NCBI RefSeq assembly: GCF_009914755.1
Contig: NC_060927.1
Direction: 5' to 3' (one strand)
DNA length: 64,000 bases
Origin: the human T2T-CHM13v2.0 reference genome, Homo sapiens
Of the stretch, positions 41,314 to 52,875 are shown in pieces. The translations under genes and the position numbers were made by a program. The notes under the pieces are model-generated. The model did not search any database. It had not been told where the DNA came from and saw only the letters and a list, made by a program, of their open reading frames with translations. How positions within the stretch are numbered: the stretch's first letter is position 1; the number at the start of each line of letters is the position of its first letter.

Positions 41314-41884
41314 CTATTTAATTAATGCACTCTGTATATGTGAACTGACTTAGATGTGAAAATTGGGTGAGAGACTGTAATTTTGCAATGTGGTGATTCA
41401 CCTTAGCCTTCTGATTTCCAGATGCTGATTATTCTGTTTCTAGTTTCATGGAGTAAAATGACATCATAATCAGCTCTGCATCTATATTGCATCTTGAAGC
41501 ACCATAGTCTGTTAGACAAACATTCTCACCAATATCTGTGGGTTAAGACACTCTGCTACTCTAGCTTATTCTGACATTCAAGTGCTGCAGTTGGCCTCTG
41601 CTATTCTAGAATTATGGAATTCCTACTGAATCTAAAGAGCCCAGTAGGAAGCATCTCCTACTGTCACCTCCTACCTGCAAAGGGCATATTCACTGGGATT
41701 TTCAAAGATTCTGGTGCCTCTTTCGCTAGTATGTTGCTTATGATCCTTGTGAGGATAGGTCCTCTGGGTCCTCCTAGGGAGTATAATCGGGTAGGGGATT
41801 TTCAGTCTCTCATAGTAAAAATTCATTTAAATATTTTCATTTCTCTAAGTCTGCTGGCACATTCTCAATACTTATTTTATTGGA

Positions 41885-44143
41885 TGATATTGTTTGGATT
41901 TGTGTCCCCTCCCAAATGTCATGTTGAATTGGAGGAGAAGCCTGTTGGGAGATGATTGGGTCATTAGGCAGATTTCCCCCTTGCTGGTCTCCTGATAGTG
42001 AGTGAGTTCTCACAAGATCTGATGGTTTAAAAGTGTGTAGCATTTCTCCCTTCACTCTCTCTCTCTTGCTCCACCATAGTAAGATGTGCTGCCTGCTTTC
42101 CCTTTGGCTTCCGCCATGATTTTAAGTTACCTGAGTCCTCTCAGTCATGCTTTTTGTACAGCCTGTGGAACTGTGAGTAAATTAAACTTCTTTTCTTCAT
42201 AAATTACCCAGCCTCAGGTAGTTCTTTATAGCAGCGTGAAAATGGACAAATACAGAAAATTGGTACCAGAAGAGTGAGGCGCCCGTATAAAGATACTGAA
42301 AATGTAAAAGCAACTTTGGGACAGGGTAAAGGACAGAGGTTGGAATAATTTGGAGGGCTCGGAAAACAGGAAGATGTGAGAAAGTTTGGAACTTCCTAGA
42401 GACTTGTTGAATGGTTTTGACCAAAATGCTGATAGTGATAAGAACAGTGAAGTCCAGGCTGAGATGGTCTCCGATGGAGGTGAGAAACTTGTTTGGAACT
42501 GGGGTAAAGGTCACTCTTGCTATGTTTCAGCAAAGACTGGTGGCATTTTGTCCTTGCCATAGAGATCTGTGGAATTTTGAACTTGAGAGAGATGATTTAG
42601 GGTGTCTGGCGGAAGAAATTTCTCATCAGCAAAGCATTCAAGATGCAACCTGGCTGTTGCTAAAGATGTTTACTTGTATGTATGAACAAAGAGATGATCT
42701 GAAACTGAAATGTATTTAAAAGAGAAGCAAAGCATAAAATGTTGGAAAATTTGCAGCCCAGCCATATGGTAGAAAAGAAAAACCCATTTTCTGGGGAGGA
42801 ATTCAAGCTGGCTGCAGAAACTTGCATAAGAAGAGATAAATGTTAATAGCCAAGACAATGGGGAAAATGTCTCAAGGGAACGTCAGAGACCTTCAGGAAA
42901 TCCCTCACATCACAGGCCCAGAAAATGGTTTCATGGGCCCATCCCAGGGTGCACCTCTTCAGTGCAGCCTTGAGACATGGTGCCCTGTGTCCCAGCTGCT
43001 CTAACTCCAACTGTGGCTAAAACGGGCCATGGTGTAGCTCAGACAGTGGCTTCCAAGGATGCAAGCTCCAAGCCTTGGCAGCTTCCACGTGGTGTTGGGC
43101 CTGCAGGTGCACAGTAGGTAAGAGTTGAGGTTTGGGAACCTCCACCTAGATTTCAGAAGATGTATGGAAATGCCTGGATATCCAGGCAGAAATCTGTGGC
43201 AGGGGCAGAGCCCTCATGGAGAACCTCTACTAGGGCAATGCAGAGGGGAAATGTGGTGTTGGAGCCCCCATGCAGAGTCCCCACTGGGGCACTGCCTAGT
43301 GGAGCTGTGAGAAGTGGGCTATGATCCTCTAGATGCAAGAGTGGTAGATCTATTGACAGCTTGCATTGTGCACCTGGAAAAGCTGCAGGTGCTCAACATA
43401 GCCACAGGAGCTATGCCCTGCAGAGCCACAGCGTTGAAGCTGCCAAGGCCTTGGGAGCCCACCCTTTGCATCAGTGTGCCCTGGATGTGAGACTTGGAGT
43501 AAAAGGAGATTATTTTGGAGCTATAAGTTTTAATGACTGTCCTGCTGGCTGTCAGACTTGCAAGGGGCTTGTAGCGCCTTTATTTTAGCCAGTTTCTCCC
43601 ATTTGGAATGCGAGCATGTACCCAATGCCTGTATCCACATTGTATCTTGGAAGTAACTAACTTGCTTTTGATTTTACTGACTCAAAGCAGAAGGGACTTA
43701 CCTTTTCTCAGATGAGATTTTGGACTGTGGACTCTTGAGTTATTACTAAAGTGAGTTAAGACTGGGGGACTGTTGAGAAGGGATAGATGATTGCATTTTG
43801 CGATGTGAGAAGGACATAAGATTTGACAGGGTACAGGCTTGGGATAATATGGTTTGCATTTGTGTCCCTCTCCAAGTCTCATGTTGAATTGGAGGAGGGG
43901 CCTGGTGGGAGGTGATTGGATCATGGGAGTGGATTTCCCCCTTGATGTTCTCCTGATAGTGAGTGAGTTCTTACGAGTTAGTTTAAAAGTGTGTGGCACT
44001 TCTCCCTTCTCTCTCTCCTGCTCTGCCCTAGTAAGACATGCTTGCTTCCCCTTCACCTTCTGCCATGACTGTTTCTTGAGGCCTCCCCATCATGCTTCCT
44101 GGGTTACTTATTTCAGTAACCCAATATATTAGTCCGTTTTCAT
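41885..44143 (+). mobile_element. Full MST MaLR element: 5' LTR 41885-42254, internal 42255-43844, rearranged 3' LTR 43845-44143
   Basis: Two matching LTR starts. The internal part begins GAAAATTGGTACCAG and encodes the MaLR ORF remnant RDLWNFELERDDLG. Confidence 0.92.
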
Positions 44144-45557
44144 AATATAGACCCAATTGTGGGTTTATATTAAACTTCTAAGGAAGTTTCATACTCTGGC
44201 TCATTTAATATACAGCCATAATTGGATCCAGGCTTCAAAGAGCTACCCCTATAGCGTATAAGGAAGAGATCCAGGTTTCCTTTCAAGGACATTGAACTGA
44301 GTCACAGGTTTCCAAGTCAATAAATTATTCCCTATTTAGGCTTATATTCTGCCTTGTCTTCCCCCTGACCATCACCCAGTGTATTCTCCTCTAGACCACC
44401 CACTCACACATATATTCCTCTGGTTTCTGCTGGTACATATCAGCAGTCCCTGAAATTCCTTCAAAACACTTAAGAAATTGCATTTTCCTGTTTGGGCTGT
44501 ACAGAGATATAACCTGGGTTTTTGTCTTGAAAGCAATGAGGAGAAACCAGAGTCTGAGATCAAAGATTACATGCAGAGAATGGGAGTGAGGGATGGGAGG
44601 ATAAAGCAGAAAATAAAGAAAAGCTACAAAAATGATGCGTTATTAAGTTGGCAATCAGTATGAGAAACTGCAGCTTGATTCTGCTGCACTTTATGAAGTG
44701 TTCTATGAAACGTGTCTTAGAATGATCTGCCTAGGGGATGAAAGGAGGAAGCATTTATCCACTGGCTTTCATCTTGCATTGGTTAAGGATGCCTCCCGGG
44801 CATTAACTCTCCCACACTTCCAGATTGGTCATGCTTAAGTGCTGAACAGGTGTCTGCAGACATCCCACACTGTTTGTGACATTAGAAAAATCCTGAAGGC
44901 AAGAGATATGAAGCAATGACCTAACTTGCAATTATATGAAGCTTATCAAAGCTAATCATAAGATGAGTAACTGGAGCAGCAGCTGGAATAAGAGGTGGGC
45001 CAGCAGCATTCTAAGTGGGGGCACCAGAAGTTTCCAATTTGATTTGTAGTCCAACAACTGGCTTAAGTGGTAAGTGTTATGCATTCAAAATATTTTTGTA
45101 ATTATTATATGCTTATGAGAAACTCATACAATTGGACTTTTGACAATAAAGTAGATTGATTTTTAGGTCTTGATTATAAATGACAGAAAGAACTGACAAA
45201 AACGTAGAATACTGCAGGCTTCCCTGTTTGCAAATCATGTCAGTGGGTTCCCAGTTTGTCGGATAAACGTCATCATAATTCTTTGTTTCCTTCCAGTATT
45301 TGCAGTTGCATTTGCCCATCACTATATTCATCAATGATTTGTATTTAGTGAATTTTACACAACAGAGTGATGCAGCCACTGATAAAATATGTTGTACTAT
45401 TTTGCTCATAAATATTTGCTTAAATTGGAGCAAAGCTCATTAGCAACATATAAAAGGTGAAGATTTTTGGGGGGGTTTATCAGCTTCTTTTAGAAAAACA
45501 AAAAAAAGTAAAAATGAAAGTTGAACTTTTTTTCCCCTTAATAATTTTTGGGGCTGA

Positions 45558-45848
45558 CATACACGGAAAGACAAATACCAGGTGTTCTCACTCATAAGTG
45601 GGAGCTAAACAATGTGCACATATGGACATAGAGTATAGAATTATGGACAATGGAGGCTCAGAAGGGTGAGGTAGTGGAAGGGAGGTGGATGATGAGAAAT
45701 TGCTTAATGAATACATTAAGCACATACATTATCAAATGGTGAATACTTTAAAAGCCCTGACTTTACCACTACATAATCTGTGCATATAACAAAATTATAC
45801 TTGTATCCCATATACTTACACAAATAAAAAGATAAAAATAAAAAAATT
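45558..45848 (+). mobile_element. Short L1PB-like 3' end
   Basis: TGTTCTCACTCATAAGTGGGAGCTAAA...GATGAGAAATTGCTTAATG...AAAAGCCCTGACTTTACCACTA, followed by an A-rich tail. Confidence 0.82.
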
Positions 45849-46444
45849 ATAATTTGGGCAACTAGATTTCCAAATGGCCAAGTATATGATGGAAAATCCT
45901 AAATGATCAAGGATAATGATGGTAACTTGTGGCTTATGTATCATTATTGTTGCTAATGTCTCTGTCACATTGCAGAGCCTCAATAAATGAATGTTCAGCT
46001 AAGCTTATCATTTTCATTTTCATGACTTTACTCTTCAGTTTTATAATCCTATGACCTCTCACCAGAAAGTCATTTTTATAGAATGCAATCTATAAAATAA
46101 AACTGAGATTTGAGGCATTCAGATATGCTCCATATTGTATAAAATGAGTATAAATAAACTAATTAATCTTTTTTCAGACCTATTATTATTCTATCCTTTC
46201 CCTGTGATTTCTCATTGCCAATTGGCTTTAGTTAATTTTCCTTAAACTAACTTTTTTTTTCCTATGGTAAAAACTATTTCTGTCTAGTTTTTATAATTAT
46301 GAGCCAATTAATTTCCCTTCTTAAAGTCAGTTTAAATTTGGCTTTTTGTTTCTTGCAGCTAAAAGCATTCTTTTTGATACAGCTCCATTTCTCTTAGACT
46401 TTTTTATTGGCCTATTGTGATATTATTCTTTACTACCATTTTCT

Positions 46445-47170
46445 AGCAGTTTCAGTGAAGTATAATTTACATATAATAGATCACACATATTTAAAGTGTA
46501 CAAACTGATGTTTTACTATCATGAAACCATCAACATAATCAAGACATTGAACATATGCCTCACCTCCAAAATCTTTCTTTTGCTGCTTTTAATGTTTTGG
46601 TTTTTTATTTTCCCACTCCTCCCCGACAACCCAGGCAAGCACTAATTAGCTTTCTGTCACTCACATAAGCTCATATTTCTTAGAATTTTATGTAAATAGA
46701 ATCTTATATTTGGAATTGGTTTTGTTTGACTTCTTTTACTCAGGATAATTATTTTGAGAATCATCCATGTGGTAGCATGTATCAATAGTTTGTTTCTTTT
46801 TAGTGCTAAGTGACATTCAGTTTTATGGATATACTATAATGTGTTTATCCATTCACCTGGTGGTGGACATTTGGGTTGTTTCCAGCTTTCGGTTATTATA
46901 TATAAAGATGTTATTAATATTTATGTAAAATTCTTTGCATGGACATTTTATTTTGCATATTCCCAATGGCTAACGGTATTGCTATATTTTGTATTTAGAC
47001 ATTTGACCGATTTGAGTTAGTTTTTATAGATATTGTAAGACCTGAATTCAAGTTAATCATTTTTTGCATATGGATTTCCAATTATTCCACACTATTATTT
47101 TTGTAAATATACCTTCACCACCCAATTGCTTTTGTTTCTTTTCAAAATGAATTTGTCCACATACGTGTAG
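46445..47170 (-). mobile_element. Old L1M (L1MB/MC-like) 3' region, antisense
   Basis: GTATAATTTACAT...TTAAAGTGTACAA, TTTTGAGAATCATCCATGTGGTAGCATGTATCAATAGTT, GGACATTTGGGTTGTTTCCAG. Confidence 0.8.
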
Positions 47171-48810
47171 GTCACACACATCCAGGTCACACTGATGCAA
47201 GACGTGGGCTCCCCCCATGGCCTTGGGAAGCTCTGCCCCTGGTGCTTTGCAGGGTACAGTCTCATTCCCAGCTGCTTTCACAGGATGATGTTGAGGGTCT
47301 GTGGCTTTTGCAGGTGCACAGTGCAAGCTGTCCGTGGATCTACTGTTCTTGGGTCTAGAGGATGGTGGCCCTCTTCTCACAGCTTCACTAGGCAGTGCCC
47401 CAGTGGGGACTGTATTTGGGGGCTCCAACCCCTCATATTTTCCTTCTGCACTGCCCTAGTGGAGGTTCTCCATGAGGGCTCTGCCTCTGCAGCAGACTTC
47501 TACCTGGACATCCAGATGTTTCCATACTTCCTTTGAAATCTAGGTGGAGGTTCCCAAACCTCAATTCTTGTCTTCTGAGCACCCACAGGCCCAAGACCAT
47601 GTGCAAGCTGCCAAGGCTTAGGGCTTGCACACTGTGAAGCCACAGTCCAAACTGCACCTTGGCCCCTTTTAGCCGTGGCTTAGATGCAAATCACCAAGTT
47701 CTGAGACTGCACAAAGCAGCAAGGCTCTGGGCCTGGCCCACACAACCATATTTTCCTCCTAAGCCTATGGGCCTGTGATGGGAGGAGCTGCTGTGAAGAC
47801 CTCTGACATGCCTGGGAGACATTTTCCTCGTTGTCTTGATGATTAATATTTGGCTCCTTGCTACTTATATAAATTTCTGCAGCTGGCTTGACTTTTTCCT
47901 CAGAAAATGGGTTTTTCTTTTCTGTCACATCATCTGGCTGCAAATTTTCCAAAATTTAATAATCTGTTTCTTTTTTAAACATAAGTTCCAATTCCAAATT
48001 ATGTCTTTGTGAATACATAAAACTGAATGCTTTTAACAGTACCTAAGCCACTTCTTGAACACTTTGCTGTTTAGAAATTTCATCTGCCAGATACCCTAAA
48101 TCATCTCTCTCAAGTTCAAAGTTCCACAGGTCTCTAGGGCTGGGGCAAGATGCCACCAGTCTCGTTGCTAAAACATAACAAGAGTCACCTTTTCTCGAGT
48201 TTCCAACAAGTTCTTCCTCTCTATCTGAAACCACCTCAGCCTGGACTTCATCATCTATATCACTATCAGCATTTTTGTCAAAACCATTTAGCAAGTCTCT
48301 AGTAAGTTCCAAACTTCCCTATTTATGCCTGTCTTCTTCTGAGCCCCCCAAACTATTCCAATCTCTGCCTGTTACCCAGTTCCAAAGTCACTTCCACATT
48401 TTTGGGTATCTTTACAGCAGCACTTCTCTCTGCTGGTACCAATGTACCATGCTGCTGATAAAGACATACCTGAGACTGAGTAATTTAAAAAGGAAAGAGG
48501 TTTAATTGACTCACGTTTCAGCATGGATGGGGAGGCCTCAGGAAACTTACAATCATGGCAGAAGGAGAAGCAAACATGTCCTTCTTCAAATGGCAGCAGC
48601 AAGGAGAAGAATGAGAGGCAAGTGAAGGGTGAAGCCCCTGATAAAACCATCAGATTTCACAAGAACTTACTTAGTATCATAAGAATATCATGGGGGAAAC
48701 TGCCCCCATGACTTGATTACCTTTTACTGGGTCCTTTCCACCACACATTGGGATTATGGAAACTACAATTCAAGATAAGGTTTGAGTGGAGACACAGCCA
48801 AATAATATCA
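47171..48810 (-). mobile_element. THE1C/D element: internal region 47171-48447 plus 5' LTR 48448-48810, 3' LTR missing
   Basis: MaLR-int peptides (RDLWNFELERDDLGYLADEISKQQS). The LTR ends GACACAGCCAAATAATATCA. Confidence 0.9.
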
Positions 48811-49745
48811 TACGGTTTTCTCATAGAATTTATGATTATGTTTGGGTGAGGAAGTTATTGATATTCTATTCCTGTAATTTTTTGTCTAATTTTACTATCA
48901 GGTTAATTCTGTCTTCATATAATAAAGTTGGTGTGTATACCATCTTCTTCAAGTCTCTGTTTTAATTTCTTCCTTGAAATTAATCAGAAAAGCAAAATAG
49001 AATTTTGCTAGAATTAATCAGTAAAGCAAAATAGAACTGAAGATTTATTTGTTTAAAGCTTTTAAGTATCAATTCAATTTCTTTAGTAGGTACAGTAAGT
49101 CCTCACTTAATGTCATTAGGAGGTTCTTGGAAATGCAATTTAAGCAAAAGACATAATAAAAACAATTTTTTTCTTCATCAATGTTATAACAAAATAACAT
49201 TGAATAAGAAGGCATTATTTGAGGACCTGCTGTACATCATTTTGCTTGAAGTCACAGTTTTCAAGAGCCTATCAATGACATTAAGTGACTATTTACTGTG
49301 TAGGACTATTTATATAATCTATTTCTTCTTAAATGAGCTTTGGTATTTTGTGCCTTTTAAAGAATTCATCTACTTGCTCTAAATTTTCAAAATAATTGGC
49401 CTAAATTCTTCATATTATTCTCTGTTCATTTTTATAGTATTTGTAGAATTTATAGTAATGCCACTTCTCTCATTCTTGTTACTGTTAGTTTTGTCATTTC
49501 TTTTATTGTGATCAGTCTGGCTAGAAACTTAACAATTTTATCGAACTTTTTAAATAACAATCTTTTATAAATTTATTTCCTCTATTTCACTGACTTATTC
49601 TCTTATCTTTATTATTTCCTTTCTTCTATTTTAGATTTAGTTTGCTCCTTATTTTTTCAGTTTCTTAAGATGGAAGTTGAATTCCATGATCTACCACCTT
49701 TATTCATTTATAATTTAATTGTTTAGTGCTATTTGTTTCTTCTCA
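48811..49745 (-). mobile_element. Old L1M ORF2 fragment, antisense
   Basis: TCAGTCTGGCTAGA...CAATTTTAT...TTTATTATTTCCTTTCTTCT...TTAGTTTGCTC...TTTCTTAAGATGGAAG. Confidence 0.7.
49093..49298. mobile_element. MER6B-like Tigger MITE
   Basis: About 25-bp terminal inverted repeats CAGTAAGTCCTCACTTAATGTCATT / AATGACATTAAGTGACTATTTACTG, with TA on the left flank. Confidence 0.82.
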
Positions 49746-50194
49746 CCAAGTGTCCAATAAAACAAGGAAATAAAAAATTTAAACTACCTTTTTGCAAATA
49801 AGTCTAATGTAAAGACATTCAATGTTGAAAAATAGATTTATTAGTGAGTGATTATCTTTATTATAGAAAAATTATGATTCAATATAGACTACTAAAACTT
49901 TCTACAGATTGATAATTTGTGCTAAATAAAAATTGGTTCTAAATCAAGATATTGTTTCATTTTCATGCTCTTAAAAAATTCAAGATAACTAAACAGTCAG
50001 AATGCCCATTCTTTTTCTTTTTTTTTTTAAATGATTTTTCTCCCCTTTATTAAAAAAAGATTATACAATTTGGGCTCATAGTAAAAAATTCAAACAGTAG
50101 AACAGTGTGTACATAGAAGGCATTCCCCACTCCCACTCCAGGAGTTTGGGTATCATTCTAGAAGTGTTCTGTCAATACATAAGCATTTTTCATT

Positions 50195-50197
<3 letters not shown>

Positions 50198-50233
<36 letters not shown>
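50198..50233 (+). repeat. (AC)n microsatellite, about 18 units, inside the retrocopied 3' UTR
   Basis: Direct reading. Confidence 0.97.
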
Positions 50234-50235
<2 letters not shown>

Positions 50236-50252
50236 GATCCCATATTCTATAA

Positions 50253-50623
<371 letters not shown>

Positions 50624-51259
50624 ACGGTCTTTTCAAAGACCAGATAATTTATTTAACCAACTGTCTAAAGATGGACATTGTGATTGATCACACTATTTTA
50701 TATGTAAGATTGAATGGAGTGGGTGAGTCCTAGGAAACATTCTCTCCTAAAAGTTTACATTTTTCATTGACTAGAAGTGACCAAAATAGATTCTACTGAT
50801 GAGAAAAGACTCTTGAAAGCAGTATGGTCAGGTTGGCAGGTGAATGGCCTCAAGAGCTTAGGATTTCATTGCTACTAAAAGAACAAGACTATTCAGTTGT
50901 GAAACAATGATTTAGTCAAATACTGATGCTGTCTCAGATGAGTAACTGCAAATCACTTCAAAAGGTAGAAGGGTAGCTTAAATGTGAAAAAGTTTACTGC
51001 CACTTCATGTAGGGAAGATAACAAACATTTGCAAATAGCAAAATAGAAAGAAATAAATGGTTTCAGTACAAGCTCTTATACTCACTTGGCATCAAAATAG
51101 TCCAAAATAAATCTGAGAACCACGGCAAGTTATAGCTGTGTTAATGACAAAATGTGATATTTACTGTTTAAATTCAGCAGCTGGGAGAATCCCCTTATAA
51201 GGAAGACAGAAAATACGTTTATATCCAGACTGCATTACTCTTTGGAAAAATATGACCAA

Positions 51260-52114
51260 TCAGATTTTGGGTATTATTGTTACAACCTTTTCCTTCACCT
51301 CTGCATCATGGTGATCAACTAAAGCTCTTATTTTCTGGGCACATTCTTCTCCATGTAACAGGAAAAACAATGAACCTTCAGTGAAAGTAGGCTGCACAGC
51401 TAAATGGCCTTCTATTTTGAGGCAGTTCTTTATATTCTGAAATAGCGTAAGTACTCGAAGAAGAATCTCCTTTGCTACGTGGCTGTCATAAAGGGAAAGG
51501 AATGATGAATCCACCTTCGTGTTTCCATTTCCAGTAAGTAACACCTGGAACAGGTCTGTAATGTAACTGTGAAGCATGTGCTGGTGGTCATTGGTAACAG
51601 TCATGTTTGTCAACAATCTCAGTCCGGCCAGCTGCACAGCAGAGTTCAGAGGACCAGAGAAGACATCCTCACATACTTGACTGATGTATATCTTTATCTT
51701 GATTTGATTTTCAACATTCACACTCAGGTTATTTAGTGCATTTAAAGCTTTCTCTTTAATACTCTGGTTGGAATGGTTGATTTTGTTTGCAACAATTGGA
51801 ATACCACCCAATTCACGAATAATAGCTTGGTTAACTGAAAAGGCTGCATTGTTACCCAAAGTAATCAAAGCTCTTTCAATAATTACAGGATCCTCAGTTG
51901 ACTCCAGCAGGTAAAGGAGTTTCTGAAGTTGTTCAGCATTTAGAACATCATCATATGAACCATCAGTTAAGTCTTCTGCGGACTTCGAAGAGCGTATCCC
52001 GAGCTCGCGGTCGCCCCGCCGCCGACCCCGGGTCAGCCTGTAAATGCAGTAGCAGGCGCCCGCGCCGAGCAGCAGGCCCGCCGCCACCCAGCCCGCGCCC
52101 CGGGGGCCACCCAT
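51260..52114 (-). CDS. ARMC10: Intact 284-aa ARMC10-like ORF (N-terminal TM anchor plus armadillo domain), extendable to 309 aa from the ATG at 52189. Expression unknown
   Basis: MGGPRGAGWVAAGLLLGAGACYCIYRLTRG...VKEKVVTIIPKI matches ARMC10/SVH. No stop or frameshift, strong Kozak GCAGCATGG. Confidence 0.75.
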   Translation of the reverse strand: MGGPRGAGWVAAGLLLGAGACYCIYRLTRGRRRGDRELGIRSSKSAEDLTDGSYDDVLNAEQLQKLLYLLESTEDPVIIERALITLGNNAAFSVNQAIIRELGGIPIVANKINHSNQSIKEKALNALNNLSVNVENQIKIKIYISQVCEDVFSGPLNSAVQLAGLRLLTNMTVTNDHQHMLHSYITDLFQVLLTGNGNTKVDSSFLSLYDSHVAKEILLRVLTLFQNIKNCLKIEGHLAVQPTFTEGSLFFLLHGEECAQKIRALVDHHDAEVKEKVVTIIPKI

Positions 52115-52144
52115 GCTGCCGCCGCGGCAGAGCCGCAGCGCCGG

Positions 52145-52875
52145 AGAATGCCCATTCTTAAAAAGTAAAAAAATAACAGGTGCTAGCATGGTTGTGGAGG
52201 AAAAGCAACCCTTATGCGCTGTTAGTGAGAGTATAAATTAGTTCAATCATTGTAGAAAACAGCGTGGTGATTTTTCAGAACCTAAAAACAGAACTATCAT
52301 TCAACCCAGCAATCCCATTATGGGCTATATATGCAAAGGGATATAAATTATTCTATCATAAAGATACATGCATGTGTATGTTTATTGTAGCACTATTCAC
52401 AATTGCAAAGACATGAAATCAATCTAAATGCCTATCCCTGGTAGACTGGATAAAGAAAATGTTGTACATATACACCAGAGGATACTATGTAGCCATAAAA
52501 AAGAACTAGATCATGTCATTTTCAGGAGCATGAATGGAGCTGGAGGCTTTTATCCTTAGCAAACTAATGCAGGAACAGAAAACCAAATACCATATAGTCT
52601 CACTCATGAGTGAGAGCTAAATGATGAGAATATGTAGACACATAGAGGGGACCAGAACACAATAGGGCCTACCAGTGGAGGGTGGAGGGTTGATGGTGAG
52701 AGAAGAAGATCAGGAAAAATAACTAATGGGTACTAGGCTTAGTACTTTGGTCATGAAATAATCTGTATAACCAACCCCCATGACACAAGTTTACCTATGT
52801 AACAAACCTGCACATGTACCTTAAACTTAAAATAAAAGTTAAAAAACAAACAAAAAAATGAGAAAAAACCAAAAA
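52145..52875 (+). mobile_element. 5'-truncated L1PA13-16-like element hosting the retrocopy (first few bases remain near 49994-49998)
   Basis: L1 ORF2 end and 3' UTR GATCAGGAAAAATAACTAATGGGTACTAGGCTT, A-rich tail, probable TSD AAGATAACTAAACA (49982-49995) / AAAACAACTAAACA (52872-52885). Confidence 0.9.

Larger units (their letters stand above)
36950..45035 (-). mobile_element. Ancient two-LTR ERVL provirus (LTR16/ERV3-16A3-like) with nested MaLR insertions
   Basis: Homologous LTR-like blocks at about 36950-37410 and 44520-45035 (GCTGGAGCAAAAGGTGAG...GGGCACTAGA vs GCTGGAATAAGAGGTGGG...GGGCACCAGA), with an RT motif between them. Confidence 0.75.

Noticed and set aside
42197-48711. Many 60-124 aa ORFs in the MST and THE1 elements
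   Set aside because: Broken MaLR internal or LTR reading frames, including antisense frames.
51898-52161. 87-aa plus-strand ORF
   Set aside because: Antisense shadow of the GC-rich ARMC10 5' end with a non-ATG start.
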